57,592 bases of DNA, taken from positions 1-57,592 of the forward strand of contig JBBTRN010000002.1 of NCBI GenBank assembly GCA_038065175.1. The letters are read 5' to 3'. Of the stretch, positions 30,334 through 40,465 are shown in pieces (positions within the stretch are counted from its first letter, which is position 1; each line of letters starts with the position of its first letter). Made by a program: the position numbers and the translations under genes. Source of the DNA: Patescibacteria group bacterium. GTDB lineage: Bacteria > Patescibacteriota > Doudnabacteria > UBA920. The notes under the pieces are model-generated. The model made no database searches. It was given only the letters and a program-made list of their open reading frames with translations, and was not told the origin of the DNA.

Positions 30334-32631
30334 ATGCCAGAAACACAAAATAGCAATCCAAGCGAATTAGGCTTAGAACACCAGCCGCCCGCCCCTCACC
30401 CAACCGAAAGCCCAGACAATCGAAAAGTTGTGCCAGTAGAGGAAGGGAGGCAAGGCTTAAAGTCTAAACAGCGTAAAAACATTCGGTTAACAGACATAAG
30501 AGCCACAGAAATGCCTGATTCCAAGGGTGAGTTTGATAAGGATAATAATCCATTGGGCAGGGTCCGTTACGAAGTCAGAATTGACGCGCCCGGTAAAGGT
30601 AAAGTTTACAGGCGAACCGTGAAATTTATTGTGCCAAGAGTTGACCAGAAAAATTTTTTAGATGCACGAAAAAAAGAGACTATTAATTTTCATAGCCAGG
30701 ATATAGTTGACCAATACCGCAGATATAAAAATGAACATAGGGGTCGGCTTGTGCCCTGGAATAAGGATCGCTGGCTAACTGAGAAAGAGTTTGAGGAAGG
30801 TTTAGAGGAGTCGGGTTATGACATTGGGATGAACCGGTGGCAAAGCACTCAAGCAGACAGCGTTGAGCAGGTAATTGCCAGGATGCTCAAGCAGAATAAT
30901 TTTGATTTATTGCCCAGCGGTATTAGTTTAGATAAGCCCCTTTTAGACAAAAAGCGGCAATTGCGATTTTATATTGACGGCAGGGAATTTAACGCACCGC
31001 TTGCGGAAGTTGAGACCCGCGTTAAAACGGTATTTGGCCTATTGCAGGCGAGCCAGGAGCAAAATTTAAATTTATACGAAAATCTAATCCGTTTTAGGCA
31101 AATGGATTTTAACAAAATTTTAAGATTACCAGACGGCAATGAAAAAAAATTAGCTTTACAGGTCTTGGGCGTATTTGCGGGCATTCCAATTAAGGTTCTG
31201 CAAAAAGCCAAACAACTGGTGAACAATGGCGAGGCTGAAGATTTATTTGAGGAATATGAGCGGGTTAAAATTAAAGAACGCCAATTGGCTTCTACGCATG
31301 GACGGCGGCCTAGGGCTCGGAGGTTTTTAAGCCAAAAAGAACAGAATATAATAGACGTATTTGAAACTTTGGGCTTGAAGCTAAGGGGTAAAGACGGTTT
31401 TAGCTTTGCTACGGCAGGGGTGAACCAAGCTTTTTTAAAAAGATTAAGGCGTGAACCATGGGAGCATTTGGAAGAAAAAACACAGAGCCTTTTAGACGAA
31501 GCCCGCGAGAGCGTAAAAACATTAAATTTAAAGAAATTGGGATTCAAAGGCCTCCAAAAAGAGTTGGAAAGCGCCAATTTAAGCCAGCAGGAACAGAATG
31601 TAATGTATATTGCCGCGATTTTAGAAACTGGCCATAGCGCCAGATATATATTGGATGATTTTTGTAAAAAAGATTTACTGGAGCATTTTCCGGTTTTAGA
31701 AGTTAACCGTACCGCGGCCAGAATTGCTTTGGATTTATATAAAACAACGGTGGAAAAAAAATCTTTGCCGGAATTTCAGGACAAGCCGATTTTTGAGGCA
31801 AATGCCAGCCAAGCCTTTAAGGATCCGAATGACAAACGGCCGCAAAGCTTGGGTTTTGTAGCAAGAAAACAAGTTCAGGTTTTAACCGGCAGGCAATTCG
31901 TGGAAGTGTCCATTGCAAGACCTGCGGTCAAAGCAGGCCAAAACGCGGACAGAGACAGGGTTTTCCGTTTACCTAAAGACAGTTCGGTTGTTGGTTCCTT
32001 AGGAGCGGCTAAAACTTTGCAAAACCAAGTGGCGGATATTTTTTGGCGGCGGGCAAGGGAGGAAGGCCAGCGTTTTAGTTTTGTGCCGCACATTGAGCTG
32101 TTGAAGGGCAAGGCAAAGCAGAATCCTAAATTCCGCCTAACTTTAGGCACGAGTTCGGGAGAGGTTGATTATAAGACTTTCTATGAATCTTTAAGTTTTG
32201 AAAATAAAGTTAAGGTTGAAGTGTTGAAAGCAACCTACTTAGATAACAAAAAAAACCGGGGTGAGTGGTCAAAAGACACTAAAGAATGGCAAAAGCAGGC
32301 CGTGTATATGTTTCAGAATATTCTTTCTCACAGCGGGTTGCCCAGTTTAACCGAACAGCTTATAGTTTCGGAACTAAAAAAACACGGAGGAAAGCCAAGG
32401 GGTACGGTGGCCATATTGGACAAAGTCGGCAAAGTGATAAAAACGGGCGTTGAAAAAACAGCCAAAAAAGTTAGCCCAGATGAACCTATTATTCCAACTG
32501 GCATAATTAGCGCCAAAGATGTGGGATTGATTCTTGAAGAAAAGGCAAAACTCACCCGGAAAGCTCCAAAGGCTAAAGTAGTAAAAGCAAAACCTGATAT
32601 CCCAGCCAAAAAACGGGTTAAAAAGAAATGA
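30334..32631 (+). CDS. Large basic hypothetical protein (765 aa)
   Basis: Start set at MPETQNS (ATG 30334), because the ORF-track extension back to 30121 lies inside the hairpin element. No TM helix or signal peptide. Lys-rich C-terminal tail. Confidence 0.55.
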   Translation: MPETQNSNPSELGLEHQPPAPHPTESPDNRKVVPVEEGRQGLKSKQRKNIRLTDIRATEMPDSKGEFDKDNNPLGRVRYEVRIDAPGKGKVYRRTVKFIVPRVDQKNFLDARKKETINFHSQDIVDQYRRYKNEHRGRLVPWNKDRWLTEKEFEEGLEESGYDIGMNRWQSTQADSVEQVIARMLKQNNFDLLPSGISLDKPLLDKKRQLRFYIDGREFNAPLAEVETRVKTVFGLLQASQEQNLNLYENLIRFRQMDFNKILRLPDGNEKKLALQVLGVFAGIPIKVLQKAKQLVNNGEAEDLFEEYERVKIKERQLASTHGRRPRARRFLSQKEQNIIDVFETLGLKLRGKDGFSFATAGVNQAFLKRLRREPWEHLEEKTQSLLDEARESVKTLNLKKLGFKGLQKELESANLSQQEQNVMYIAAILETGHSARYILDDFCKKDLLEHFPVLEVNRTAARIALDLYKTTVEKKSLPEFQDKPIFEANASQAFKDPNDKRPQSLGFVARKQVQVLTGRQFVEVSIARPAVKAGQNADRDRVFRLPKDSSVVGSLGAAKTLQNQVADIFWRRAREEGQRFSFVPHIELLKGKAKQNPKFRLTLGTSSGEVDYKTFYESLSFENKVKVEVLKATYLDNKKNRGEWSKDTKEWQKQAVYMFQNILSHSGLPSLTEQLIVSELKKHGGKPRGTVAILDKVGKVIKTGVEKTAKKVSPDEPIIPTGIISAKDVGLILEEKAKLTRKAPKAKVVKAKPDIPAKKRVKKK

Positions 32632-32692
32632 GAAATTGACATTAATTGAAAATCATGGCATTTTTAAGGCAAATATTAAATAAAAAAATTTT

Positions 32693-33025
32693 ATGACTCA
32701 AAAAAATCAAAACACTACCAGCGCTCTGTCAGATCCTAATATAAAAGTTTTTGTGGAAAATTTGGTGGCGGAAAAAAACTTTACAGATGTGGAAGAAGAA
32801 GTTATGGCGCAAATAACAAAAGACTTGACTGATCGTGTCGAAGAAATTATTAATGCCGCAATTTTGGCGGCTATTCCTGCTGACAAACTGGAAGATTTTG
32901 ATAAACTTTTGCACACAGGGACTAGGCAGGAAATTGCGGCTTTTTGCGAAACCAATGTACCCAATTTGCAAGGGGTGGTGACAGAAGAATTAAGGGCGTT
33001 TAGGGAAACCTATTTGGGCGTTTAA
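32693..33025 (+). CDS. Small acidic helical protein (110 aa)
   Basis: An ORF of host composition between the two large genes. No domain recognised. Confidence 0.5.
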   Translation: MTQKNQNTTSALSDPNIKVFVENLVAEKNFTDVEEEVMAQITKDLTDRVEEIINAAILAAIPADKLEDFDKLLHTGTRQEIAAFCETNVPNLQGVVTEELRAFRETYLGV

Positions 33026-33062
33026 TTTTCCGTTTTATTTTTTATCGCTCATCGTTTATTAT

Positions 33063-36000
33063 ATGACAGAAAGGCCGGGCTTTAATTCCGAAGACTCCAT
33101 GAGGGAGTTTCAGGATCAGGACAAGCTTACAATCGGCTTAGCCGATATTACTTCGGCCGTGGAAGAGCGTTCTAAAGATGTTGCTTTAGACAAAGTTACC
33201 GAGAACGCCGAACAGCCAAAGGGTTTTTGGGCGCGGGCAAAAGGTTTAGTCAAGAATGTCTGGAAGCGCAGCGAGATGAACTTGACTCTGGAGCGCTACC
33301 GGGCGGAAAAGAAAATCCTTAAAGAAGGTTTGTACTCGCATTTAGAAGAAGAAGCTGGCAGTGACCAGGCAAAAAAGGCGGAAAGACAACAGGAAGCCAA
33401 AGAAGCTCAAGAACGCACAGTTAAGGCCACAGTGGACAGGTTCACCGTAAAGAGCGAATTTGAGGATCAATTTATACACAAAGAAGCAGGTGAGCATAGG
33501 GAAGAGCTTAACGATGCAAATTTACGCGGGCAAATTATTGGTTTGGTAAAAGCCTACGCCAGAGGCGAAGAAAGAGGCGGTATTACTGAAGAGCAATTTA
33601 ATATTGAAGTTAACAAGCTTTTTAATCCGGAAAGCCAGTTTGTCCGTGGACTAAAAAACACCAATCCCCAGGCCGTAGAAAAAGGCAAAATGTTCGCTCA
33701 TAATCTTTTGGATATTGCTAAAAAAGCCAAACAGATTATAACTAGGCAAGTTGAGCAAAATGTGGATTTACTGGCGGCCTTGGAAGGTTTGGATGAGCGG
33801 TTCCGAATTATGGTGGGTAAGGCCAAAGCCGGGGTCAGAACCGAGGCCCAGTATAACGCGGTTGATAGAATAACCAATTTTATTGTTAAACACACTGGCG
33901 GAGTTTTTACCGAACAGACCGTGGCCGTGGGGGTGGCCGCGGTTTACGGCGCTGCCACAAAGTTTGCTGGTGCGGCGTTTAGAAAAGCCTCTGGGATTTT
34001 AGGCGGCGCAGGAGCTTTGGCCGGCATGCAGGAGAGCAGGAGGCTCGAGAGGGAAAGAGCCCAGCACGCGCGTGAAATGGCCCAGGGGCGTAAGCTTAAG
34101 AGTCCGGATAAAGCTAAGCGCCGTAAAGAATTGGAAGAGTCCAGGATCCAATTTAAAAAATTTGGCGACATAAAGAACGATTTGGAAATTTCGGTCTTAA
34201 ACCGCGGCAGCGCAGAATTTTCTGAAGCGGAATATAATGAAGGTTTAAAAGTTTTGGCAGACTTGGAAGCCCGGGTTAAAGTCTCCAACCGCGGCATTTT
34301 AAATTCCGAAGTCTCCAAATGGAGGCTCATACAAAGAAATAAACGTTACAGGATAGATTTGATTGGCTATAGCGACGAGACAAATGTGGCTAAAGAACAG
34401 CAGGTTTTGGACATAATGCGCGCTAAGGCTAAAATTGAATTGGCCAAGTGGGCAACGGCGCACGGCAAGAATTTGGATCGTGATTTAGACCAGGCGGTGG
34501 AAGCCCAAATTACGAATCTCAAGCAGGGCGACCAAGGCATTTTAAAAAAGAATGAAATGTTTATTAGCCTTAAGCGCAAAAGGGTGTTTAAGGCCATTGC
34601 TAAAGGCATGCTAATTGGCGGTGCAATTGGCACAATTATGCAGGAGGCGCAAGCGTTTTGGAATGAAGGTCAATATGGCGTGGCTGAACATTTGGTGGAC
34701 AAGGTAAGGGGCATAAAGCATTTTGTCAAAAAGGGCGAAACTTCGACTATGCTCGAGGGTGCTTGGCAGAACGCGAGGGATTATTTTGACCCATCGGTCC
34801 ACGCGGCAAGTCCTCTCCACGATGAAATTTTAGGCTCCCGGACTTTTAGGATGCACGACGGCATAAAGTGGGCAGAGGACGCTTCGACTACAGGCAACAA
34901 CAATGATTTTTATTTAACGGACGCGAGCGGCAACCGTATAAGCGAAAATTTGGAATTGAACCCGGATAGGAGTTTGACTCCCGGGGCTAAACAGTGGCTT
35001 TTAGACCATGGGTACAATGTAGCTGATTTAGCCTCCAGCGCGGCTAAAGGCATGCACGGGCTGGATTTGGCGGAAACCCAAAAGCTGTTTCCTGACTTAG
35101 CGCAAAACGCAAGGGTAGACTGGCACGACAAACCGGGTGAGTTTTGGAGCGAGATTCATAAACAGTGGCTGGAATTTGAAGGCAAACAGCAAATGGGCTA
35201 TTTGGTCACGCGAGGAGATAAGGTTTTTTTGGATTGCAGTAAAGTGCTTGATAATTTTCTAAAAGAGATAGAACAGCGGGTAAATTCACCTGATTTCGGG
35301 CAGGTGGAAGGATATTTTAACGCTAACGGCACACCGTTTGTTGACCCAAAAATGATGCATTTAAAGGAGCGGATTATTGAGGCAATCAATAATGGCGACA
35401 TTCACCAGAAATTCCAGGCAGTTGTCATTCCAACGGAAGGCGCCAACGACGCCGGAATAAGCGACCTAATTGAAGGCGCTGACGCCCAGGGTATGATTGA
35501 GCTAAACGGGAAATATGACTGGTCAAAGATATTTATTGATCCGGCTACCGGCAAGATCGATCCGGCAAAACTCCATGACGGCAAACTTCCGTTCAGCTTT
35601 TTGGAAATGCGTTTTGACGGCCACGTAATGAATACAGTGAAGGGTTTGCCGGAAGTTGCCGGTATGCCAATTACCGAAATTTTACCACCCAGCGGAAATT
35701 TACCACCTACCACACTCTGGCCCTTCGGTGCCGCCTGGCCGAGAAGGGGAATTGAGGAAACGGAAAGGCCGCCAGGTATTTATCCTTACTATGGTGGGTT
35801 TGAAATCACGCCTGAAGAGAGAGCAAGAATGAGGCAGGATATGTCGCCACGGTTATTAGAGAATCCTGATGCCCGTTTGGATCCTTCGGTAGAAATTCCT
35901 TGGTACTTTTCTCAACAAGAAAATCGTTATTCGGGATACAGAAAAGAATTGGACAGGCTGAATGCCCAAATAAACCATCCTATGGGCTTAAATACAGAGG

Positions 36001-38060
36001 CAGTAGTAGCTTTAGCCGTGGCCGGCCATCAAGAACATGAAAATATTTTTCGCACCCTTCAGGTATATGGTTTGCAAAAAGACAAAAATGGCAATAGTGT
36101 TTGGAACGGTGATGCCAGCAAATATGAAATTATTCTTTATGTTAACTGGCCTTCAGGTAGTAATCCCGAAAAAACTTTTCAAGAAATTGAACGGTTTAGG
36201 CAGCAATATCCAAATGTCCCGCTAAGAGTTTCCGGCGAAGAGATAAATAACGGGCAAACTGAAGTTGGCTGGTATAAGAAGAAAGCTTTTGATTTGGGAT
36301 TACTTAGGCACATGCAAAGAGGAAACGGAAAGGATATTATAATAATTGCTAACGATGCGGATATGCGCTACGCTCATCCGCAATATTTAGAACTCGCTAG
36401 TGGTTATATGGATACAACAGAAGCCCAGAAACTTGACGCATTGCTTGGCAGGCAAGATTTAGACCCAGAAGTATACGAGAAGAACCCAACATTCCATTCA
36501 GTTATGCGTTTTTGGCAGAATATGGATAGCGTTTTGCGCGCTAAACACCATATGATGTATACCCAAGGCAGGAATACCTTATTAAGAGGTTCAAGTTATG
36601 CGGCGATTGGTGGTAATAGAACTAAGGATTTTTGGGCAGATGTGGAGTTTGGGAAATTATTCCAAGCCGCGAGGAATGGCAAGCATACGCTTGACTATTC
36701 AAATAAGGCTTGGGTTATGGTAGACCCAAGAAGAGAAATAGACAAGTTTAAGAGGGGCGAGTTCATTGCTTGGACTTGGTCAGATTTTAATACCAGGCAA
36801 AACATACGCGGCGGAGGCAAGGCAGACCATCAGGCTCCAGAAAATTTGGATGTGGAAAAATTGGCCTTAGCAGCAGAACAAGACCCGCAGGTTGTCCAGT
36901 TCAGAGAGCGTTTAGAGGAAGAAATCCAGGCGGTCGCTGATTCTTATTTATCAAACCTATCTTATTATCCTTCCGATATAGACGATGGGGATGACGATGT
37001 TAATTCTCTATTTAAAGGTAAATTAGATTATCGGAAGGCTGAGAAAGTCGTAAGAAAAGCGGCTGAGTATTTGGGCATAGAGATTGACATTCAGCCTGAT
37101 ACTTACGCTGACAATAAGGCAAAATTAAAAATAAACATTAAAGATTCACAAAAGCTCCGTGATCGTTTGTTGCAATATAGAGATGAGGTTAGGAAACAAG
37201 TTAAATTAAAAACTCAGCCTTTTGAATTAAGACCAACTTTCGAGCCGAAAAAACTTTTAACCGAAGCCCTTAAATCTGGATTTAATCAGAATCCTTTTAA
37301 ATTTATTAAAAATTTGGATACGGTAGATTTAAAGAAGTCAAAAATATCCAGGCAAGATTTGGTTCAGGCTTTGTTTGAGGTAAATGGACTTGGGGATCAG
37401 TATGAGCAGGCAAAATTGGACGCGCCTGAGACTAGGGGTGCCAGTGCCGGCCAAAAGACTTTGATCCAGCTGTTAAAACTAATGGCGCAAGGCAATCCGG
37501 GATTAAAACAGCAATGGCAGCAAAACTATCCGCGCGGGTACACAGCCTGGGCGTTTGATGCCATGTCGCAAGACGTACACCGCGACATTGTCTCTCAAGG
37601 CGGTTTGACGGACGCTAAAGTGGATGCTTACGCAAAGGAGTACAACCTTTCCGGAGTGGAAATCTTAACCCAGCTGTTTAAGGGCAAACCTTCTTGGCAG
37701 AAAAAATTTGAAGACGCTTTTGCTGCGGCCGGCCGGGTTGAAGCCAGACGTGAAGAAACATTAAGGCAAATATTAGCAGAAATGCAGCCGTCTGCGCAAA
37801 ATAAAATTCCCTCGACGGTTACTCGGATAGTTCCTGGGACAGTTCCTGGTCGAATCGGCGGACAAACAGCGCCGGACATAACCAGAGCCAGGCCGGCGAC
37901 AAGAAGAGAAATACTTCCCTCATCTCCCGACTCTCCCGAAGACATTCAAGTTGACGCGGCAGAATTATTAAGACTACTTCAGCAACAGGGTAAGCCGGGC
38001 AACAAAAAGACTGCCGGAGTTAGGAAGGTTGTTAAGAAAACAGTCGTAAAGAAAAAGTAG
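33063..38060 (+). CDS. Giant membrane-associated protein (1665 aa) with an embedded GT-A (family-2-like, DxD) glycosyltransferase core
   Basis: Gly/Ala-rich hydrophobic segments at about 33.92-34.03 kb and 34.60-34.65 kb. The GT-A-like block at about 36.00-36.70 kb has VALAVAGHQEHENIFRTL, YEIILYVNWPSGSNPEKT, IIIIANDADMRY (DxD) and QGRNTLLRGSSYAAIGG. The tail is Lys-rich. Confidence 0.55.
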   Translation: MTERPGFNSEDSMREFQDQDKLTIGLADITSAVEERSKDVALDKVTENAEQPKGFWARAKGLVKNVWKRSEMNLTLERYRAEKKILKEGLYSHLEEEAGSDQAKKAERQQEAKEAQERTVKATVDRFTVKSEFEDQFIHKEAGEHREELNDANLRGQIIGLVKAYARGEERGGITEEQFNIEVNKLFNPESQFVRGLKNTNPQAVEKGKMFAHNLLDIAKKAKQIITRQVEQNVDLLAALEGLDERFRIMVGKAKAGVRTEAQYNAVDRITNFIVKHTGGVFTEQTVAVGVAAVYGAATKFAGAAFRKASGILGGAGALAGMQESRRLERERAQHAREMAQGRKLKSPDKAKRRKELEESRIQFKKFGDIKNDLEISVLNRGSAEFSEAEYNEGLKVLADLEARVKVSNRGILNSEVSKWRLIQRNKRYRIDLIGYSDETNVAKEQQVLDIMRAKAKIELAKWATAHGKNLDRDLDQAVEAQITNLKQGDQGILKKNEMFISLKRKRVFKAIAKGMLIGGAIGTIMQEAQAFWNEGQYGVAEHLVDKVRGIKHFVKKGETSTMLEGAWQNARDYFDPSVHAASPLHDEILGSRTFRMHDGIKWAEDASTTGNNNDFYLTDASGNRISENLELNPDRSLTPGAKQWLLDHGYNVADLASSAAKGMHGLDLAETQKLFPDLAQNARVDWHDKPGEFWSEIHKQWLEFEGKQQMGYLVTRGDKVFLDCSKVLDNFLKEIEQRVNSPDFGQVEGYFNANGTPFVDPKMMHLKERIIEAINNGDIHQKFQAVVIPTEGANDAGISDLIEGADAQGMIELNGKYDWSKIFIDPATGKIDPAKLHDGKLPFSFLEMRFDGHVMNTVKGLPEVAGMPITEILPPSGNLPPTTLWPFGAAWPRRGIEETERPPGIYPYYGGFEITPEERARMRQDMSPRLLENPDARLDPSVEIPWYFSQQENRYSGYRKELDRLNAQINHPMGLNTEAVVALAVAGHQEHENIFRTLQVYGLQKDKNGNSVWNGDASKYEIILYVNWPSGSNPEKTFQEIERFRQQYPNVPLRVSGEEINNGQTEVGWYKKKAFDLGLLRHMQRGNGKDIIIIANDADMRYAHPQYLELASGYMDTTEAQKLDALLGRQDLDPEVYEKNPTFHSVMRFWQNMDSVLRAKHHMMYTQGRNTLLRGSSYAAIGGNRTKDFWADVEFGKLFQAARNGKHTLDYSNKAWVMVDPRREIDKFKRGEFIAWTWSDFNTRQNIRGGGKADHQAPENLDVEKLALAAEQDPQVVQFRERLEEEIQAVADSYLSNLSYYPSDIDDGDDDVNSLFKGKLDYRKAEKVVRKAAEYLGIEIDIQPDTYADNKAKLKINIKDSQKLRDRLLQYRDEVRKQVKLKTQPFELRPTFEPKKLLTEALKSGFNQNPFKFIKNLDTVDLKKSKISRQDLVQALFEVNGLGDQYEQAKLDAPETRGASAGQKTLIQLLKLMAQGNPGLKQQWQQNYPRGYTAWAFDAMSQDVHRDIVSQGGLTDAKVDAYAKEYNLSGVEILTQLFKGKPSWQKKFEDAFAAAGRVEARREETLRQILAEMQPSAQNKIPSTVTRIVPGTVPGRIGGQTAPDITRARPATRREILPSSPDSPEDIQVDAAELLRLLQQQGKPGNKKTAGVRKVVKKTVVKKK

Positions 38061-38442
38061 TTTTAGACTTTTGTGGCTCTCCTCCGCATTTAGTCATCTA
38101 AGAATGTTACTCGAACGCCGCAAAAAGTTAATAAAATTAGGCCTAATATATCGTTGCATTTTTCGGGATTTTTTTAACCCTAACAACGGCTACAAAATTC
38201 ATTATTCGCTTTGAAATCGGCCTTGGATTGATTTATTAAGAATTTAAGCATCAGTGCTTGGCAAAAGGGGTATCTAGGGTAACACCGCTCATGGCTCAAC
38301 CGAAGATGAGGTAGTAACAAATTACGTGGCTCAATTCGCTCCTCTTGTGTGAAGGTTATTTTTGTAGTATAGTATAAAATATAAAGGGAATTTGGTCGAT
38401 TTCCTTTAAATAATTTAATAAAAATAATTAAATTAAAAATAT

Positions 38443-39201
38443 ATGGCATTTTTTAGAAAAAGCCCGGAAGTCGGGCCACAAGTGGAAGCCTCTACCGAGG
38501 CAAAACCGGCTGGGAAGAGGGAGAGGCCTGATTTTAAGGCTCTCGCCACTCAAAGGAATGAGGTAGTTGCCAAAAAGACATCGGGTGTTGGTGAAAGAAT
38601 AAAAGGTTTTTTTGGCAGGGTTAGGGAAGGCGGAAAAGTAGCCAAGGATTTTGTTTTGACTATTGACGCCCGCGCGGCTTATCGCGCCGGCCAGGCGAAA
38701 GACATTGCTGTTGGAGCCTATGAAGCTACGAGGGACGCGGCGGTCAGCGGCGCGCGGGCAGTGAGGTCAGAAGTAGTTCAAGACGCTAAAGCTGTGTATG
38801 GCGCTGGTGTAAGAGGTAAGGATTACGCAGCGGGGAAGGGTAAAGAGGGAGTAGAGTGGACAAAAGCGCGTGGGAGCGAAGCAGTCCAGCTTGGCAGGGA
38901 TGGGGTGGAAGCAGTGCATGACGGAATGGAGAGAGCCAGAGATTACAGCTTGGCAAGGTTTAGTGAAGCTGGGGCCGCCATTGCCAGCCGGAGACAGGAA
39001 TATTTAGACAGTAAAGAAACGAGAGCTTGGAACGCGGAACAGACAAAAGTCAACGGTGCGCAGGATATGATTAGGGCTTTACAAGCTCGAATTGCAACAA
39101 GCCAGGAGGCTCAAACTAGAATTGAACGGGGTTTTCAGGATAGGCTAAAAGAGAGAGATGTTTCGTATCCTAACCAAGAAGTAGCGACAGCGGCTGCCTA
39201 A
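38443..39201 (+). CDS. Ala/Gly/Arg-rich repetitive helical protein (252 aa)
   Basis: Low-complexity amphipathic repeats (A..A.RDAAVSGARAV...). A possible TTGTGT-17-TATAGT promoter lies at 38345-38373. Confidence 0.45.
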   Translation: MAFFRKSPEVGPQVEASTEAKPAGKRERPDFKALATQRNEVVAKKTSGVGERIKGFFGRVREGGKVAKDFVLTIDARAAYRAGQAKDIAVGAYEATRDAAVSGARAVRSEVVQDAKAVYGAGVRGKDYAAGKGKEGVEWTKARGSEAVQLGRDGVEAVHDGMERARDYSLARFSEAGAAIASRRQEYLDSKETRAWNAEQTKVNGAQDMIRALQARIATSQEAQTRIERGFQDRLKERDVSYPNQEVATAAA

Positions 39202-39218
39202 AATTAATATAAAAATAT

Positions 39219-39560
39219 ATGGCTGACTTAAAACAACAACTTGAAGAATTAATTAATTCTTTGCCGGTTGAAGACGGCGTCAAGCAAACTTTGCTTACTA
39301 AACTTAACGTCGAAGGCGCTAGCGAAGATATGGTTATTGAAGTGAGGGTGGTTTTGGCAGAAGCCCAGGTCAATTTAAATAAAAAATATAAGCCGCAGCT
39401 TGACCAGCTTAAAGCTTTGGAGCAGGAAGAAAAAGCCGCTTATGACACCTATAGCCAAGAAATGGACGAATTGGAAGAGGACTTAGATAACTTGGCGAAA
39501 GCCCTGACTAAAGCTGAAGAAGAGCAGCAGTTAGAAGAAGCGCGGAAAAAGATAGTATAG
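39219..39560 (+). CDS. Acidic coiled-coil protein (113 aa)
   Basis: Lies 17 nt after the previous stop. Glu/Leu/Lys heptad-like sequence. Confidence 0.45.
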   Translation: MADLKQQLEELINSLPVEDGVKQTLLTKLNVEGASEDMVIEVRVVLAEAQVNLNKKYKPQLDQLKALEQEEKAAYDTYSQEMDELEEDLDNLAKALTKAEEEQQLEEARKKIV

Positions 39561-39580
39561 ATAGATATAATCAAATTTTA

Positions 39581-39606
39581 CAAAGCCCCGGGAATTCCCG
39601 GGGCTT
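39581..39606 (+). terminator. Rho-independent terminator (aaagccccgggaattcccggggcttt)
   Basis: A perfect palindromic GC-rich stem with flanking A and T residues. Confidence 0.65.
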
Positions 39607-39624
39607 TGGTTCGGGGTTTTTAGG

Positions 39625-39838
39625 TTCATACGCAATATTACTGGACTTAAGCGTATAACTTCGCTACCCGAAACAGATGGAAAGCTCTATCTCTCACGCC
39701 TCTGACCACAGAACGGAAACTCTTTAATTTAGCGTTAAACGGGTCATAATGATAATCGTTAGTTGTGATTATCATTATCACATCTTTACTTGACTTAATG
39801 TTCTAGCTGGCTTGTTACTCCAGTAGTATTGCGTATGA
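39625..39838. repeat. 214-nt segment bounded by 20-nt inverted repeats (tcatacgcaatattactgga / tccagtagtattgcgtatga)
   Basis: 19/20 complementary. An internal hairpin ataatgataatc...gattatcattat lies at 39746-39778. Confidence 0.6.
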
Positions 39839-39864
39839 CTCGGTTTTTATGGTACAGTTTTACT

Positions 39865-40182
39865 ATGAGTAAGGATTTGGAAAAAATTAAAGAGATTGCG
39901 GTGCCTATTTTAAAACAGAACGGCGTCGAATTTGCCGGCGTTTTTGGCAGTGTGGCAAGGGGCGAGAGCAGGGTCGGGAGCGACGTTGATATTTTGGTAA
40001 AATTTGCGAGCCGCCCGACCTTTGCAGGCTACTTGCGTTTGGACGATGCTTTGCGGGCAAGTTTGGGGCGTGAGATTGATTTGGTCACTGTCGGAGGAGT
40101 TAATAAATTTTTGCTCCCGGAGATTGAAAAAGATTTAATGGTATTATATGGACAAAGACCAAATTTATCTTTCCGAAATTAA
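39865..40182 (+). CDS. mntA: MNT-type nucleotidyltransferase antitoxin
   Basis: GVFGSVARGESRVGSDVDILV (GS-x10-DxD Pol-beta NTase motif). Start set at MSKDLEKIKE (ATG 39865). Confidence 0.75.
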   Translation: MSKDLEKIKEIAVPILKQNGVEFAGVFGSVARGESRVGSDVDILVKFASRPTFAGYLRLDDALRASLGREIDLVTVGGVNKFLLPEIEKDLMVLYGQRPNLSFRN

Positions 40183-40465
40183 AGAATTTTGCCAGGAAGT
40201 AATTGATTTTACCGCACAGGTTGCTTATGAGGATTTTGTTTCTGACAGGAAATTATACCTTTGTGTCATAAAGCTTATAGAAAATATTGGCGAAGCATCC
40301 AAAAGGCTTTCTATGGAAGCCAAGTCCCAATATCCGAAGGTTGAGTGGGACAAGGCTGCCAAGATGCGCGACCGGCTTGTACATCATTATATGGATGTTG
40401 ATTTAGCTATAGTTTTCGATGTGGCAATCAATGAAATTCCTAAACTTTTTAGCAATTTATCCTAA
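40148..40465 (+). CDS. hepT: HEPN (DUF86) toxin
   Basis: RDRLVHHY matches the R-x4-H HEPN motif. It overlaps the mntA 3' end by 35 nt. Confidence 0.75.
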   Translation: MDKDQIYLSEIKEFCQEVIDFTAQVAYEDFVSDRKLYLCVIKLIENIGEASKRLSMEAKSQYPKVEWDKAAKMRDRLVHHYMDVDLAIVFDVAINEIPKLFSNLS

